Shown here piece after piece: positions 31,357-39,240 of a stretch of DNA of 64,000 nt. A program made the position numbers and the translations under genes. Every line of letters starts with the position of its first letter. Within the stretch, counting starts at the first letter, position 1. Origin of the DNA: Corallococcus interemptor (GTDB lineage: Bacteria; Myxococcota; Myxococcia; Myxococcales; Myxococcaceae); contig NZ_RAWM01000039.1 of NCBI RefSeq assembly GCF_003668875.1, positions 2,394 through 66,393 of the forward strand. The letters are read 5' to 3'. The notes under the pieces were generated by a model. It had not been told where the DNA came from and searched no databases. It saw only the letters and a list, made by a program, of their open reading frames with translations.

Positions 31357-32247
31357 ATGTCTCTTCGCAGCAGCGGCCTCCCCTCCCTTTTCGTCTCCCT
31401 GCTCTTCGTCGTGGGCTTCGCGTCGACCGCCAACGCTGACACCTACCAGACCTACGTGACGCCCAAGGTCAATGGTTCTCAGATTGGAACGTATCTCCCC
31501 AACCAGCCCACCGGCAGCTTCAGCAGCGCCGCCGACACCGCCCGCCGCTTCTGTCAGGACCAGGGCCACAGCGGCGCGCAAAGCTTCACCACCGCCCTGC
31601 GCAGTATCGCGTATACATACATCGTGGGAACGAATGGCGTGGGCCCCTGGAACACCACGGGCAACGCCAACGTGACGATGATTGAGACCGTCACCTGCTT
31701 CAACTCCAGCTCGGACACCACGTACACGACGCTCGTGGTCAACGGCTTCCAGGTGGGCACCCTCCAGCCCAGCCAACCGGCCAGCAGCTTCAGCAGCCCC
31801 GCCGATACCGCCCGCCGCTTCTGCCAGGACCGGGGCCACGCCGGCGCCCGTCGCTTCACCACGGCCATCCGCAGCTCCACCTACACGTACATCGTCGGGA
31901 CGAACGGCGTCGGTCCCTGGAACACCACGGGCAACGCCAACGTGACCATGCTGGAGACCATCACCTGCTTCGACGGGACGGTCCTCACGTACACGACGCC
32001 CACGGTCAACGGCTTCCAGGTGGGCACCATCCAGCCCAACTACCCCACGGGCAATTTCAGCACGCCGGTGGACACCGCCCGCCGGTTCTGCCGCGACCTC
32101 ACCCACGTGGATGTGAGCAGCTTCACCACCGCCATCCGCAGCTCCTCTTACACGTACATCGTTGGCGCCAATGGCGTGGGCAACTGGAACACCACCGGTA
32201 ACTCCAACGTGACGATGCTCGAGACCATCACCTGCCTCACCCAGTAG
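31357..32247 (+). CDS. Secreted protein made of three tandem about 90-aa repeats (unknown family)
   Basis: A signal peptide is followed by three units sharing TY.T.VNG.Q.GT..P.QP..SFS..ADTARRFCQD.GH...FTTA.RS..YTYIVGTNGVGPWNTTGNANVTM.ET.TC. Confidence 0.7.
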   Translation: MSLRSSGLPSLFVSLLFVVGFASTANADTYQTYVTPKVNGSQIGTYLPNQPTGSFSSAADTARRFCQDQGHSGAQSFTTALRSIAYTYIVGTNGVGPWNTTGNANVTMIETVTCFNSSSDTTYTTLVVNGFQVGTLQPSQPASSFSSPADTARRFCQDRGHAGARRFTTAIRSSTYTYIVGTNGVGPWNTTGNANVTMLETITCFDGTVLTYTTPTVNGFQVGTIQPNYPTGNFSTPVDTARRFCRDLTHVDVSSFTTAIRSSSYTYIVGANGVGNWNTTGNSNVTMLETITCLTQ

Positions 32248-32347
32248 CGGGGAAACCGCAGGGTATTCACAGACCCCAAACGGGTTTGAGCAGACACCTC
32301 AAACAATCCAGAGCATGTCTGTGTTCATGTTTTGGACCTGATAGATC

Positions 32348-32378
32348 GCACCTTCCTCGTACTGCTCCAGGAAGGTGC
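32348..32378. other. Perfect 10-bp inverted repeat hairpin GCACCTTCCT-(11 nt)-AGGAAGGTGC in a lower-GC intergenic stretch
   Basis: Read from the sequence. It lies 100 nt downstream of the repeat-protein gene. There is no T-tract, so its role is unclear. Confidence 0.4.
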
Positions 32379-32782
32379 GATGCGCCGGCAGGACACACTG
32401 TCCCGGGTGTTGTTTTAAGCATTCATCGGCGCTGTCTTTGCGGTCACGGCTTGCAATGCCGGTGACGAACCGGAGCGGGAGACCGGCAACGTCCGGTTCA
32501 TCAGCGCGGTGCCGCAGGCGCTCGCGGGGGATGAGATCACCCGGGTGACGGTCACCCTGACGGCCTCCGGCGTGACTTCCGCCACCACCGTGCTCACGAA
32601 GGGCACGGACGGCTGGAGCAGCACGATGTATCAGGTGCCCGCAGGCACCCAGCGGACCTTCACGGATGCCTTCCTACACGCCCGCGAGCCCCTGAAGTCC
32701 CCCTGAAAGTCAGTTGAAGAGCGGTCGGACCCACGCGGGTCCGGCCGCTCCGGGCATTGCGGCGCCCCGCGATTGAGCGAGG

Positions 32783-33613
32783 ATGCGGCCCATGTCCAAC
32801 CTCCAAGGCAAGACCCTCTTCATCACCGGCGCCAGCCGCGGCATCGGCAAGGCCATCGCGCTGCGCGCGGCCCGCGACGGCGCCAACATCGTCATCGCGG
32901 CGAAGACGACCGACCCGCACCCCAAGCTGCCCGGCACCATCTACTCGGCGGCGAAGGAGATTGAAGAGGCCGGCGGCAAGGCGCTCCCGTGCGTGGTGGA
33001 CATCCGCGACGAGGCGCAGATCCACGCCGCCGTGGCCAAGGCCGTGGAGACCTTCGGCGGCATCGACATCCTGGTGAACAATGCCAGCGCCATCAGCCTC
33101 ACCGGCACGCTGGAGACGCCGCTCAAGCGCTTCGACCTGATGCACGGCATCAACACGCGCGGCACCTTCGCGTGCTCGCAGGCGTGCATCCCGTACCTCA
33201 AGAAGTCCTCCAACCCGCACATCCTCAACAACTCGCCGCCGCTCAACCTGGAGCCGCGCTGGTTCGGGCCGCACGTGGCCTACACCATCGCGAAGTACGG
33301 CATGAGCCTGTGCGCCCTGGGCATGGCGGAGGAGCTCAAGGACGACGGCATCGCCGTCAACACGCTGTGGCCCCGCACCGTCATCGCCACCGCCGCCGTG
33401 CAGAACCTGCTGGGCGGAGACGACACCATCAAGGGCAGCCGCAAGCCGGAGATCATGGCGGACGCCGCGTACGCCATCCTCACCAAGCCCAGCCGCTCCT
33501 TCACCGGGAACTTCTGCATCGACGACGAGGTGCTGCGCGCCGCCGGCGTCACCAACTTCGACCAGTACCAGTCCGTCCCCGGCGCGGAGCTCCTGCCCGA
33601 CTTCTTCCTCTAG
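32783..33613 (+). CDS. Short-chain dehydrogenase/reductase (SDR)
   Basis: Motifs TGASRGIGKAIA and NNAS, plus YTIAK, the SDR catalytic YxxxK. Confidence 0.85.
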   Translation: MRPMSNLQGKTLFITGASRGIGKAIALRAARDGANIVIAAKTTDPHPKLPGTIYSAAKEIEEAGGKALPCVVDIRDEAQIHAAVAKAVETFGGIDILVNNASAISLTGTLETPLKRFDLMHGINTRGTFACSQACIPYLKKSSNPHILNNSPPLNLEPRWFGPHVAYTIAKYGMSLCALGMAEELKDDGIAVNTLWPRTVIATAAVQNLLGGDDTIKGSRKPEIMADAAYAILTKPSRSFTGNFCIDDEVLRAAGVTNFDQYQSVPGAELLPDFFL

Positions 33614-33630
33614 TCGCGCGGAAAAGCCCC

Positions 33631-34551
33631 ATGCCCCCGCGCAAGCTCCAGCGACACCTGGTCTGGCTCGAGTCCTTCACCGCCGCCGTGGAGGCCGGCA
33701 GCATCGAAGCCGCCGCGGAGCACCTGGGCGTCGCGCGCTCCGTGGTGAGCGAGCACATCCGCGCCCTGGAGGAAGCGCTCGCGGATGGCGCCGCCCTGCT
33801 GGAGCGGGGGCCGGGCCGGCGCCTGCAACTGTCCGCGCGCGGGGAGCGCCTCTACGCGGGCACCCAGACGCCGCTGCACCAGCTGGACGTGAAGCGGCTG
33901 ATGGACCTGGCCCGCGTGGAGCCCACCCTGCGCCTGGGCCTCAACCCCACGCTGTCCATGTCGCTGCTGGGCGGCATCGCGCAGGATGCCGCCGCCGCCG
34001 ACCTCAAGCTGGTGGTGGGCTTCGGCGGCTCGCACGAGCTCATGCGGCAGGTGCAGACGCGGCAGCAGGACCTGGCGCTCGACTTCACCCCCCTGCCCCC
34101 GCACGAGGGCGTGGACACCGAGTCCCTGCTGCGCATGTCCTTCGTCGTCATCGCGGGCCCGGACTCCGCGCTCGCCCGCACGCACGCGTCCCGCCGCTCC
34201 CTGGACGTGAAGGACCTCCAGGACCAACGCTTCGTGGACTGGCTGCGGGACGACCCCTACGGCGGCGCCAACAGCGCCCGCTTCGCCGCGCACGGCGTCT
34301 CCGTCACGGAGGTGGGCCGCGTGGAGAGCTTCCTCCACCTGTACGAGCTGCTGCGCGCCTACAAGGCGTGCACCATCGCCCCGGACGTGCGCCCCACCCA
34401 GCCGTTCCCGCCCGACCTGCACGTCTGGCCCCTGCGAGAACAGGAGCCCCAGGTCGTGGAGGTCGTGGCCGTCTGGCCCTCCGGAGGCCTCAGCCCCGCC
34501 GTCCAATCCCTCCTTGACGGGCTGCGTCGTCGCCTGAACAAACGGCGATAA
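33631..34551 (+). CDS. LysR-family transcriptional regulator
   Basis: The N-terminal HTH (LESFTAAVEAGSIEAAAEHLGVARSVVSEHIRALE) is followed by a LysR substrate-binding domain. Start at the ATG at 33631. Confidence 0.8.
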   Translation: MPPRKLQRHLVWLESFTAAVEAGSIEAAAEHLGVARSVVSEHIRALEEALADGAALLERGPGRRLQLSARGERLYAGTQTPLHQLDVKRLMDLARVEPTLRLGLNPTLSMSLLGGIAQDAAAADLKLVVGFGGSHELMRQVQTRQQDLALDFTPLPPHEGVDTESLLRMSFVVIAGPDSALARTHASRRSLDVKDLQDQRFVDWLRDDPYGGANSARFAAHGVSVTEVGRVESFLHLYELLRAYKACTIAPDVRPTQPFPPDLHVWPLREQEPQVVEVVAVWPSGGLSPAVQSLLDGLRRRLNKRR

Positions 34552-34644
34552 TCCGACGAAGGCGTCGATTTCTGCCGGATTTCCGTCTTGCGGCGCGGTG
34601 CGTATTCTTCATGCGTCCTGTTTCGCCTGAAGGAGCCGCCCGCG

Positions 34645-36240
34645 ATGACGCCCACGGAAAGGACCCTTGCCCGCCTCCCGGCCCACCTGCGCCGCTACGT
34701 GGTGGCCCAGGACTACGAGGCGTACACGCCCCGCGACCAGGCGGTGTGGCGGCACATCCTGGGGCAGCTGCGCGAACACCTGAGCGACAAGGCCCACCCC
34801 GTCTACCTGGAGGGCCTGGAGGCCACGGGCATTGGCGCGGAGGCCATCCCCAGCCTGGACGAGATGAACGAGAAGCTGTCCAAGCTGGGCTGGGCCTGCG
34901 TCGCGGTGCGCGGCTTCATCCCGCCGGCCGTCTTCACGGAGCTGCAGGCGCTGGGCGTGCTGGCCATCGCGGCGGACATCCGCACCCACGAGCACATCCA
35001 GTACACGCCCGCCCCGGACATCGTCCATGAGAGCGCGGGCCACGCGCCCATCATCGCCAACGCGCGGTATGCCCAGTACCTCAAGGCCGTGGGGCTGGTG
35101 GGGTTCAAGGCCATCGCCAGCGTGGAGGACCAGGCCGTCTTCGAGGCCATCCGCAACCTCTCCGTGGTGAAGGAGGATCCCACCGCCACGGAAGAAGAGA
35201 TCGCCCACGCGCAGGCCCGCCTGGAGGCCGCCAACGCCAGCCACCGCTACATCAGCGAGAGCACCCGCGCGAGCCGCCTGTACTGGTGGACCGCGGAGTA
35301 CGGCCTCATTGGCGACCTGAAGCACCCGCGCATCTACGGCGCGGGCCTGCTGTCCAGCATCGGCGAGGCGAAGCACTGCCTGACGTCCGCCGTGCACAAG
35401 CTGCCCCTGGGCGTGGCGTGCGCGGACACGGACTACGACATCACCCGCATGCAGCCGCAGCTCTTCGTGGCGCGCGACTTTGAACACCTCTTCGAAGTAT
35501 TGGCGGAGTTCGAATCCACGCTCGCGTGGAAGCGCGGCGGGGACTTCGGCCTCAACGAGGCGCTGCGCGCCCGCACGGTCAACCACCTGGTGCTCGCGGA
35601 CGGCCGCGAGGTGACGGGCAAGGTCGTGGAGCTGCTGCCGGGCGCGAAGGACGTGGCCCCGGGCCTGTCCACCGCGCTGGCCCGGCTGGAGGGCCCCATC
35701 CTCACGTCCGTGAACGGGCACGCCCTGGACAAGCCCTTCAGCGGCGCGGCGCTGGTCGCCTTTGGCCAGGGCACCCTGCCGGAGCGCGGCAGCTTCCAGC
35801 TGACGCTCGACAGCGGGCTGGTGCTGGAGGGCTTCGCGGTGGGCGGCGGCGAGGTGATTGGCCTTCGCGGCTCGCTCTCCGGCCGCGAGCTGACGCTGCC
35901 GTCCATGGCGCGCCTGTACCTGACGGAGCGCCTGCCGTCCGTGGCGGGCGGGCCCGCCGACCCGGGCACGTGGGACGAGTGGTTCGGGGAGCTGGACGCC
36001 TTCACCGCGGGCGACGGCGAGGCCCAGGCGCGCGAGCGCAAGGCGCAGGCCCTGCCCCCGTCGCTGGCCGCCCTCTACACGGAGGTGCGCCGCATCCGCG
36101 AGACGGGCCAGCTGGCCCCCGAGCGGCTGGAGCAGATCGCCCAGGCGACCTCGGCCTTCCCGTCCGACTGGCTCCTGCGCGCGGAGGTGGCCGAGCTGCG
36201 CGGCGAGGTGCCCTCGCGGCGTGAAGCGGCGCACGCCTGA
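34645..36240 (+). CDS. phhA: Phenylalanine-4-hydroxylase (biopterin-dependent aromatic amino acid hydroxylase) with about 250-aa C-terminal extension
   Basis: Iron-binding region (HESAGHAPIIAN...YWWTAEYGL), which is diagnostic for the AAAH family. The catalytic core is about 280 aa and is followed by an unrelated C-terminal domain. Start at the ATG at 34645. Confidence 0.85.
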   Translation: MTPTERTLARLPAHLRRYVVAQDYEAYTPRDQAVWRHILGQLREHLSDKAHPVYLEGLEATGIGAEAIPSLDEMNEKLSKLGWACVAVRGFIPPAVFTELQALGVLAIAADIRTHEHIQYTPAPDIVHESAGHAPIIANARYAQYLKAVGLVGFKAIASVEDQAVFEAIRNLSVVKEDPTATEEEIAHAQARLEAANASHRYISESTRASRLYWWTAEYGLIGDLKHPRIYGAGLLSSIGEAKHCLTSAVHKLPLGVACADTDYDITRMQPQLFVARDFEHLFEVLAEFESTLAWKRGGDFGLNEALRARTVNHLVLADGREVTGKVVELLPGAKDVAPGLSTALARLEGPILTSVNGHALDKPFSGAALVAFGQGTLPERGSFQLTLDSGLVLEGFAVGGGEVIGLRGSLSGRELTLPSMARLYLTERLPSVAGGPADPGTWDEWFGELDAFTAGDGEAQARERKAQALPPSLAALYTEVRRIRETGQLAPERLEQIAQATSAFPSDWLLRAEVAELRGEVPSRREAAHA

Positions 36241-36258
36241 TTCGAAAGACAGACGGCT

Positions 36259-36314
36259 GAAATGGAAACGGCCCGGTCGACCTCTTCACGAGGCCGCCGG
36301 GCCGAACCATTTCC
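36259..36314. terminator. Bidirectional intrinsic-terminator-like hairpin between convergent phhA and the LysM/C39 gene
   Basis: Extended dyad gaaatgg-aaacggcccgg...ccgggccgaa-ccatttc, read directly from the sequence. Confidence 0.5.
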
Positions 36315-36328
36315 AACCGCCTGGAGGA

Positions 36329-37945
36329 CTACGCGTTGCGGCGCACCATGGCCACGTCGTAGTGGCGGTCCGTCACGTAGCCGTTCGCGGCCTTGCCGGG
36401 GCGGTACATGTTCCCGGTCTTGTCATCCACGTAGAAGCGGTTGTTCGGGTTCGTGTCCTTGCCCTTGCTGGCGTTGGTCGTGCCCGGGTCGTGGAACGTG
36501 TAGTAGGTGCGGCCCTTGTCGTCGACGCCGCGGCCCGTGATGGTCACGAAGTGGTCCGTGAGGCCGTCCGCGTTGTAGCTCGCGTCCTTGTGGCTGACGC
36601 CCACGACCACCGGCTTGCCCGCCTCCAGCTGCTTGTCGATGTAGTTGCGGCCCTCGGCGGCCTTCTTCGGGTCCACCTTCAGCGCGCCGACGCCGTTCTC
36701 GCTCGTGCCCACCTGGATGCGGCGGTCCGGGCCCAGCACCGTGGCCTTCGCGTCGCGAGCCATCGCCGTCGCGGCCTTGAAGCACGCCGTGTCGCTGGCC
36801 GTGTAGCCGTGGCCGTTCTCGAACTGGCTGTAGTACGGCACCTTCACATGCACCGCCGGCTTGTCCTTCGCGCCGGCCACCTGCTGCGTGTCCGTGCGAT
36901 CCGCCTCCGTCGTGGGCTTGGACGTGTTGGTGCCCTGCGTGTTGCCCGTGCCCTGCGTGCGGCCCGGCTTCGAGTCGCCGTTCACCGACGGGGGGACCAC
37001 GCCCGTGTTGGTGTTGGCCGGCTTCGTCGTGGCGCCGGACTGCTCCTTCTTGAGCATGGCCAGCGCGTCCTTCGCCTCCGACTTGAAGCGGTTGGCCACG
37101 CCCTTCTGCACTTCCTTGGAGTTGCCGGAGAAGTGCACCAGGGTGCCGCTGGCGTTGGTGCGGCCGCGCTCGGCGTAGATGTCCTTGATGAGCTGCTCGT
37201 CGCTCACCTTCGCGGGGTCGCGGCCGGCCAGCGCCTTCTTGAAGATGTCATCCGCCTTGCCCGGGCCGTGCTGCACGGAGGTGGACCAGGCCACGTCGCG
37301 CAGCGCCGCGGAGCGCTTGTCCAGGTCGATGCCCGTCGCCTTCTTGATGTTGGCGGCGCCCGGGTCGTAGTGCGTGGCCTTGATGTAGTCGTGCTGGGCC
37401 TTGTCGAAGCCCTTCGGGTCCTTGGCCGCCAGCTGCTTCCACGCGGAGGAGAACTCCGCGGAGCCCGGCTTGCTGCCCGAAAGTGCCTTGTAATAGTCCG
37501 GGTTCGTCTTCTTCAGCGAGTTGACGAAGGACTGCGCGGAGCCGTTCGCGGACGCGAACTGGTAGGAGCCGTAGGACACGCCGCCCTTGTCGCCCTTGCC
37601 GGTGGACACCGTGCCGGGGCCGCGCGCCTCGTACTTGCGGCTCAGGCTGCCCAGCTCGCCGCCCGCGTTGCTGGTGGAGCCACCCTCGGTGGAGGGCGTC
37701 GTCTTCTGCGTGCCGCTGGTGGACTGGGTGAAGGTGTCGCCCGACGTCTTCGTCCCGGCGCTCGACTTGTTGGTGCCCTTCGTGTCGAAGCCGTCCTGCA
37801 CCTTGAGGGACTGGCCCGTCAGGATCTTGTCCGGATCCTTGATGTTGTTGGCCTTGGCCAGCGCGTCGACGGACGTGTTGTAGCGCTTCGCGATTCCGGA
37901 AAGCGTGTCGCCAGAACGGATGCGGTAGTTGGAGACGTCGGTCAT
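36329..37945 (-). CDS. LysM domain protein with central unknown domain and C-terminal peptidase-C39-like (papain-fold) domain; no signal peptide
   Basis: N-terminal LysM ([29 protein letters not shown]...ILTGQSLKV). The C-terminus has [28 protein letters not shown] ... TDHFVTITG (Cys/His papain-like, peptidase_C39_2-like). Non-biased composition over 538 aa. Confidence 0.75.
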   Translation of the reverse strand: MTDVSNYRIRSGDTLSGIAKRYNTSVDALAKANNIKDPDKILTGQSLKVQDGFDTKGTNKSSAGTKTSGDTFTQSTSGTQKTTPSTEGGSTSNAGGELGSLSRKYEARGPGTVSTGKGDKGGVSYGSYQFASANGSAQSFVNSLKKTNPDYYKALSGSKPGSAEFSSAWKQLAAKDPKGFDKAQHDYIKATHYDPGAANIKKATGIDLDKRSAALRDVAWSTSVQHGPGKADDIFKKALAGRDPAKVSDEQLIKDIYAERGRTNASGTLVHFSGNSKEVQKGVANRFKSEAKDALAMLKKEQSGATTKPANTNTGVVPPSVNGDSKPGRTQGTGNTQGTNTSKPTTEADRTDTQQVAGAKDKPAVHVKVPYYSQFENGHGYTASDTACFKAATAMARDAKATVLGPDRRIQVGTSENGVGALKVDPKKAAEGRNYIDKQLEAGKPVVVGVSHKDASYNADGLTDHFVTITGRGVDDKGRTYYTFHDPGTTNASKGKDTNPNNRFYVDDKTGNMYRPGKAANGYVTDRHYDVAMVRRNA

Positions 37946-38134
37946 GGGGGCCCCCTCATGTCAGGCCGCGAACAAAGGCGCGCGGGCGTGCTTGGATTGC
38001 CACGATTATCGAAAGGCAATGCGATCAGTTTCGCATTCCCAGTCGCAATCGTGTCAAACCAGTGATTCCGGCAACTTCAGTTTCAACGGATCGATCCACC
38101 GAGACTGAAGAGGCTGCCCAGGAGGCACACCCGG

Positions 38135-39154
38135 ATGTCCAGGATCCAACCGGATTTCAAAAGTGTGGCATTGCTGTTTGCCATTTGCGTCACGAGCTCG
38201 GCCCAGGGGGCCGGTGGACTCACGGGGGTCTATTCGAACAAGGGCGGGACGCTGGCCATCGTCGAGGGGAGCAACGAGACGCTGGTCCATCTCTCCGGGT
38301 CGTTCCCGCAGGGCAGCAGCGTGGGCACCTGTGATTGCGCCTTCGCCGTCCAGAAGAAGACGGACGCGGCCTGGACGCTGAGCGAGTCCGGCGCGGAGGG
38401 CAGCTGGACGCTGCGCGTCAATCCCAAGCAATTCGTTCTGGAATCCGGCCCGACGCCGCAGTGCTGTGGCGCTGGCTACCCGGGCAAGGACACGTTCGCT
38501 CGGAGCACGGTGAAGCCGCTGGGCATCTGCAAGGTGAAGGCGTCCAAGGCGGCCTTCCACGCGTCGGACGAGGCCAACACCCAGCGCAAGGCGTTCGTGG
38601 TGTTCGGGGACGCGGTGGAGGCCTACCTCGACCCGGTGGAGCCGGACTTCCTGGCCGCGCGCTTCCAGGGGCCCCAGAAGGCCACGGCGGGGCTGCTCAA
38701 GCGCGAGGACCTGGACTGCTCGGCGGAAGGCCCGCCCACGGCCTCCAAGGCGCCGGTGGCCGCGGACAAGCTCAAGCCCTTCGCGGGGACGTGGGTGGAG
38801 CTGACGCGGCAGGGCAAGGGCTTCGTGGTCCTCAAGCCCTGCTCGGCCGCGACGCGCACCTTCACCATCAAGCCCGCGTCGGGCGAGGTGGAGGTGCAGC
38901 TGGGGCAGGAGTCCACGACGCTGAAGGTGACGTCCGTGGAGCCCGGCAAGGGCGCCGGGGCCTGGGTGCTGGGGCTCACGTCCTCGGACGGCAAGCCGGA
39001 GGCGCTCCAGTGGAAGACGGCCGACGCCGCGAAGGGCACCGTGTCCGTCACCAGCCCGGACCTCTTCTCCCAGAGCCACGACTACGTGCGCCAGGAGAAG
39101 AAGTCCGTCTTCCCATCCAAGCAGGAGACGGGATGCGACGAGTACGAGCGCTGA
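38135..39154 (+). CDS. Secreted hypothetical protein (339 aa, Cys-containing)
   Basis: Signal peptide (MSRIQPDFKSVALLFAICVTSSAQG). Protein-like composition (K/T/S/G-rich). Divergent from the LysM/C39 gene. Confidence 0.6.
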   Translation: MSRIQPDFKSVALLFAICVTSSAQGAGGLTGVYSNKGGTLAIVEGSNETLVHLSGSFPQGSSVGTCDCAFAVQKKTDAAWTLSESGAEGSWTLRVNPKQFVLESGPTPQCCGAGYPGKDTFARSTVKPLGICKVKASKAAFHASDEANTQRKAFVVFGDAVEAYLDPVEPDFLAARFQGPQKATAGLLKREDLDCSAEGPPTASKAPVAADKLKPFAGTWVELTRQGKGFVVLKPCSAATRTFTIKPASGEVEVQLGQESTTLKVTSVEPGKGAGAWVLGLTSSDGKPEALQWKTADAAKGTVSVTSPDLFSQSHDYVRQEKKSVFPSKQETGCDEYER

Positions 39155-39170
39155 CGCGCCCGTGAACGAC

Positions 39171-39192
39171 GCCGGGCCCGCGGGCCCCCGCC
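39171..39192. terminator. GC-palindrome hairpin (GGGCCCGCGGGCCC) between convergent genes
   Basis: Perfect 14-bp palindrome 20 nt downstream of the secreted-protein stop and 50 nt downstream of the vault-protein stop. Confidence 0.45.
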
Positions 39193-39240
39193 GATGAGCA
39201 GCGCGACGAGCGCGCCGGTCCAATATCGACATCCCGGCCT

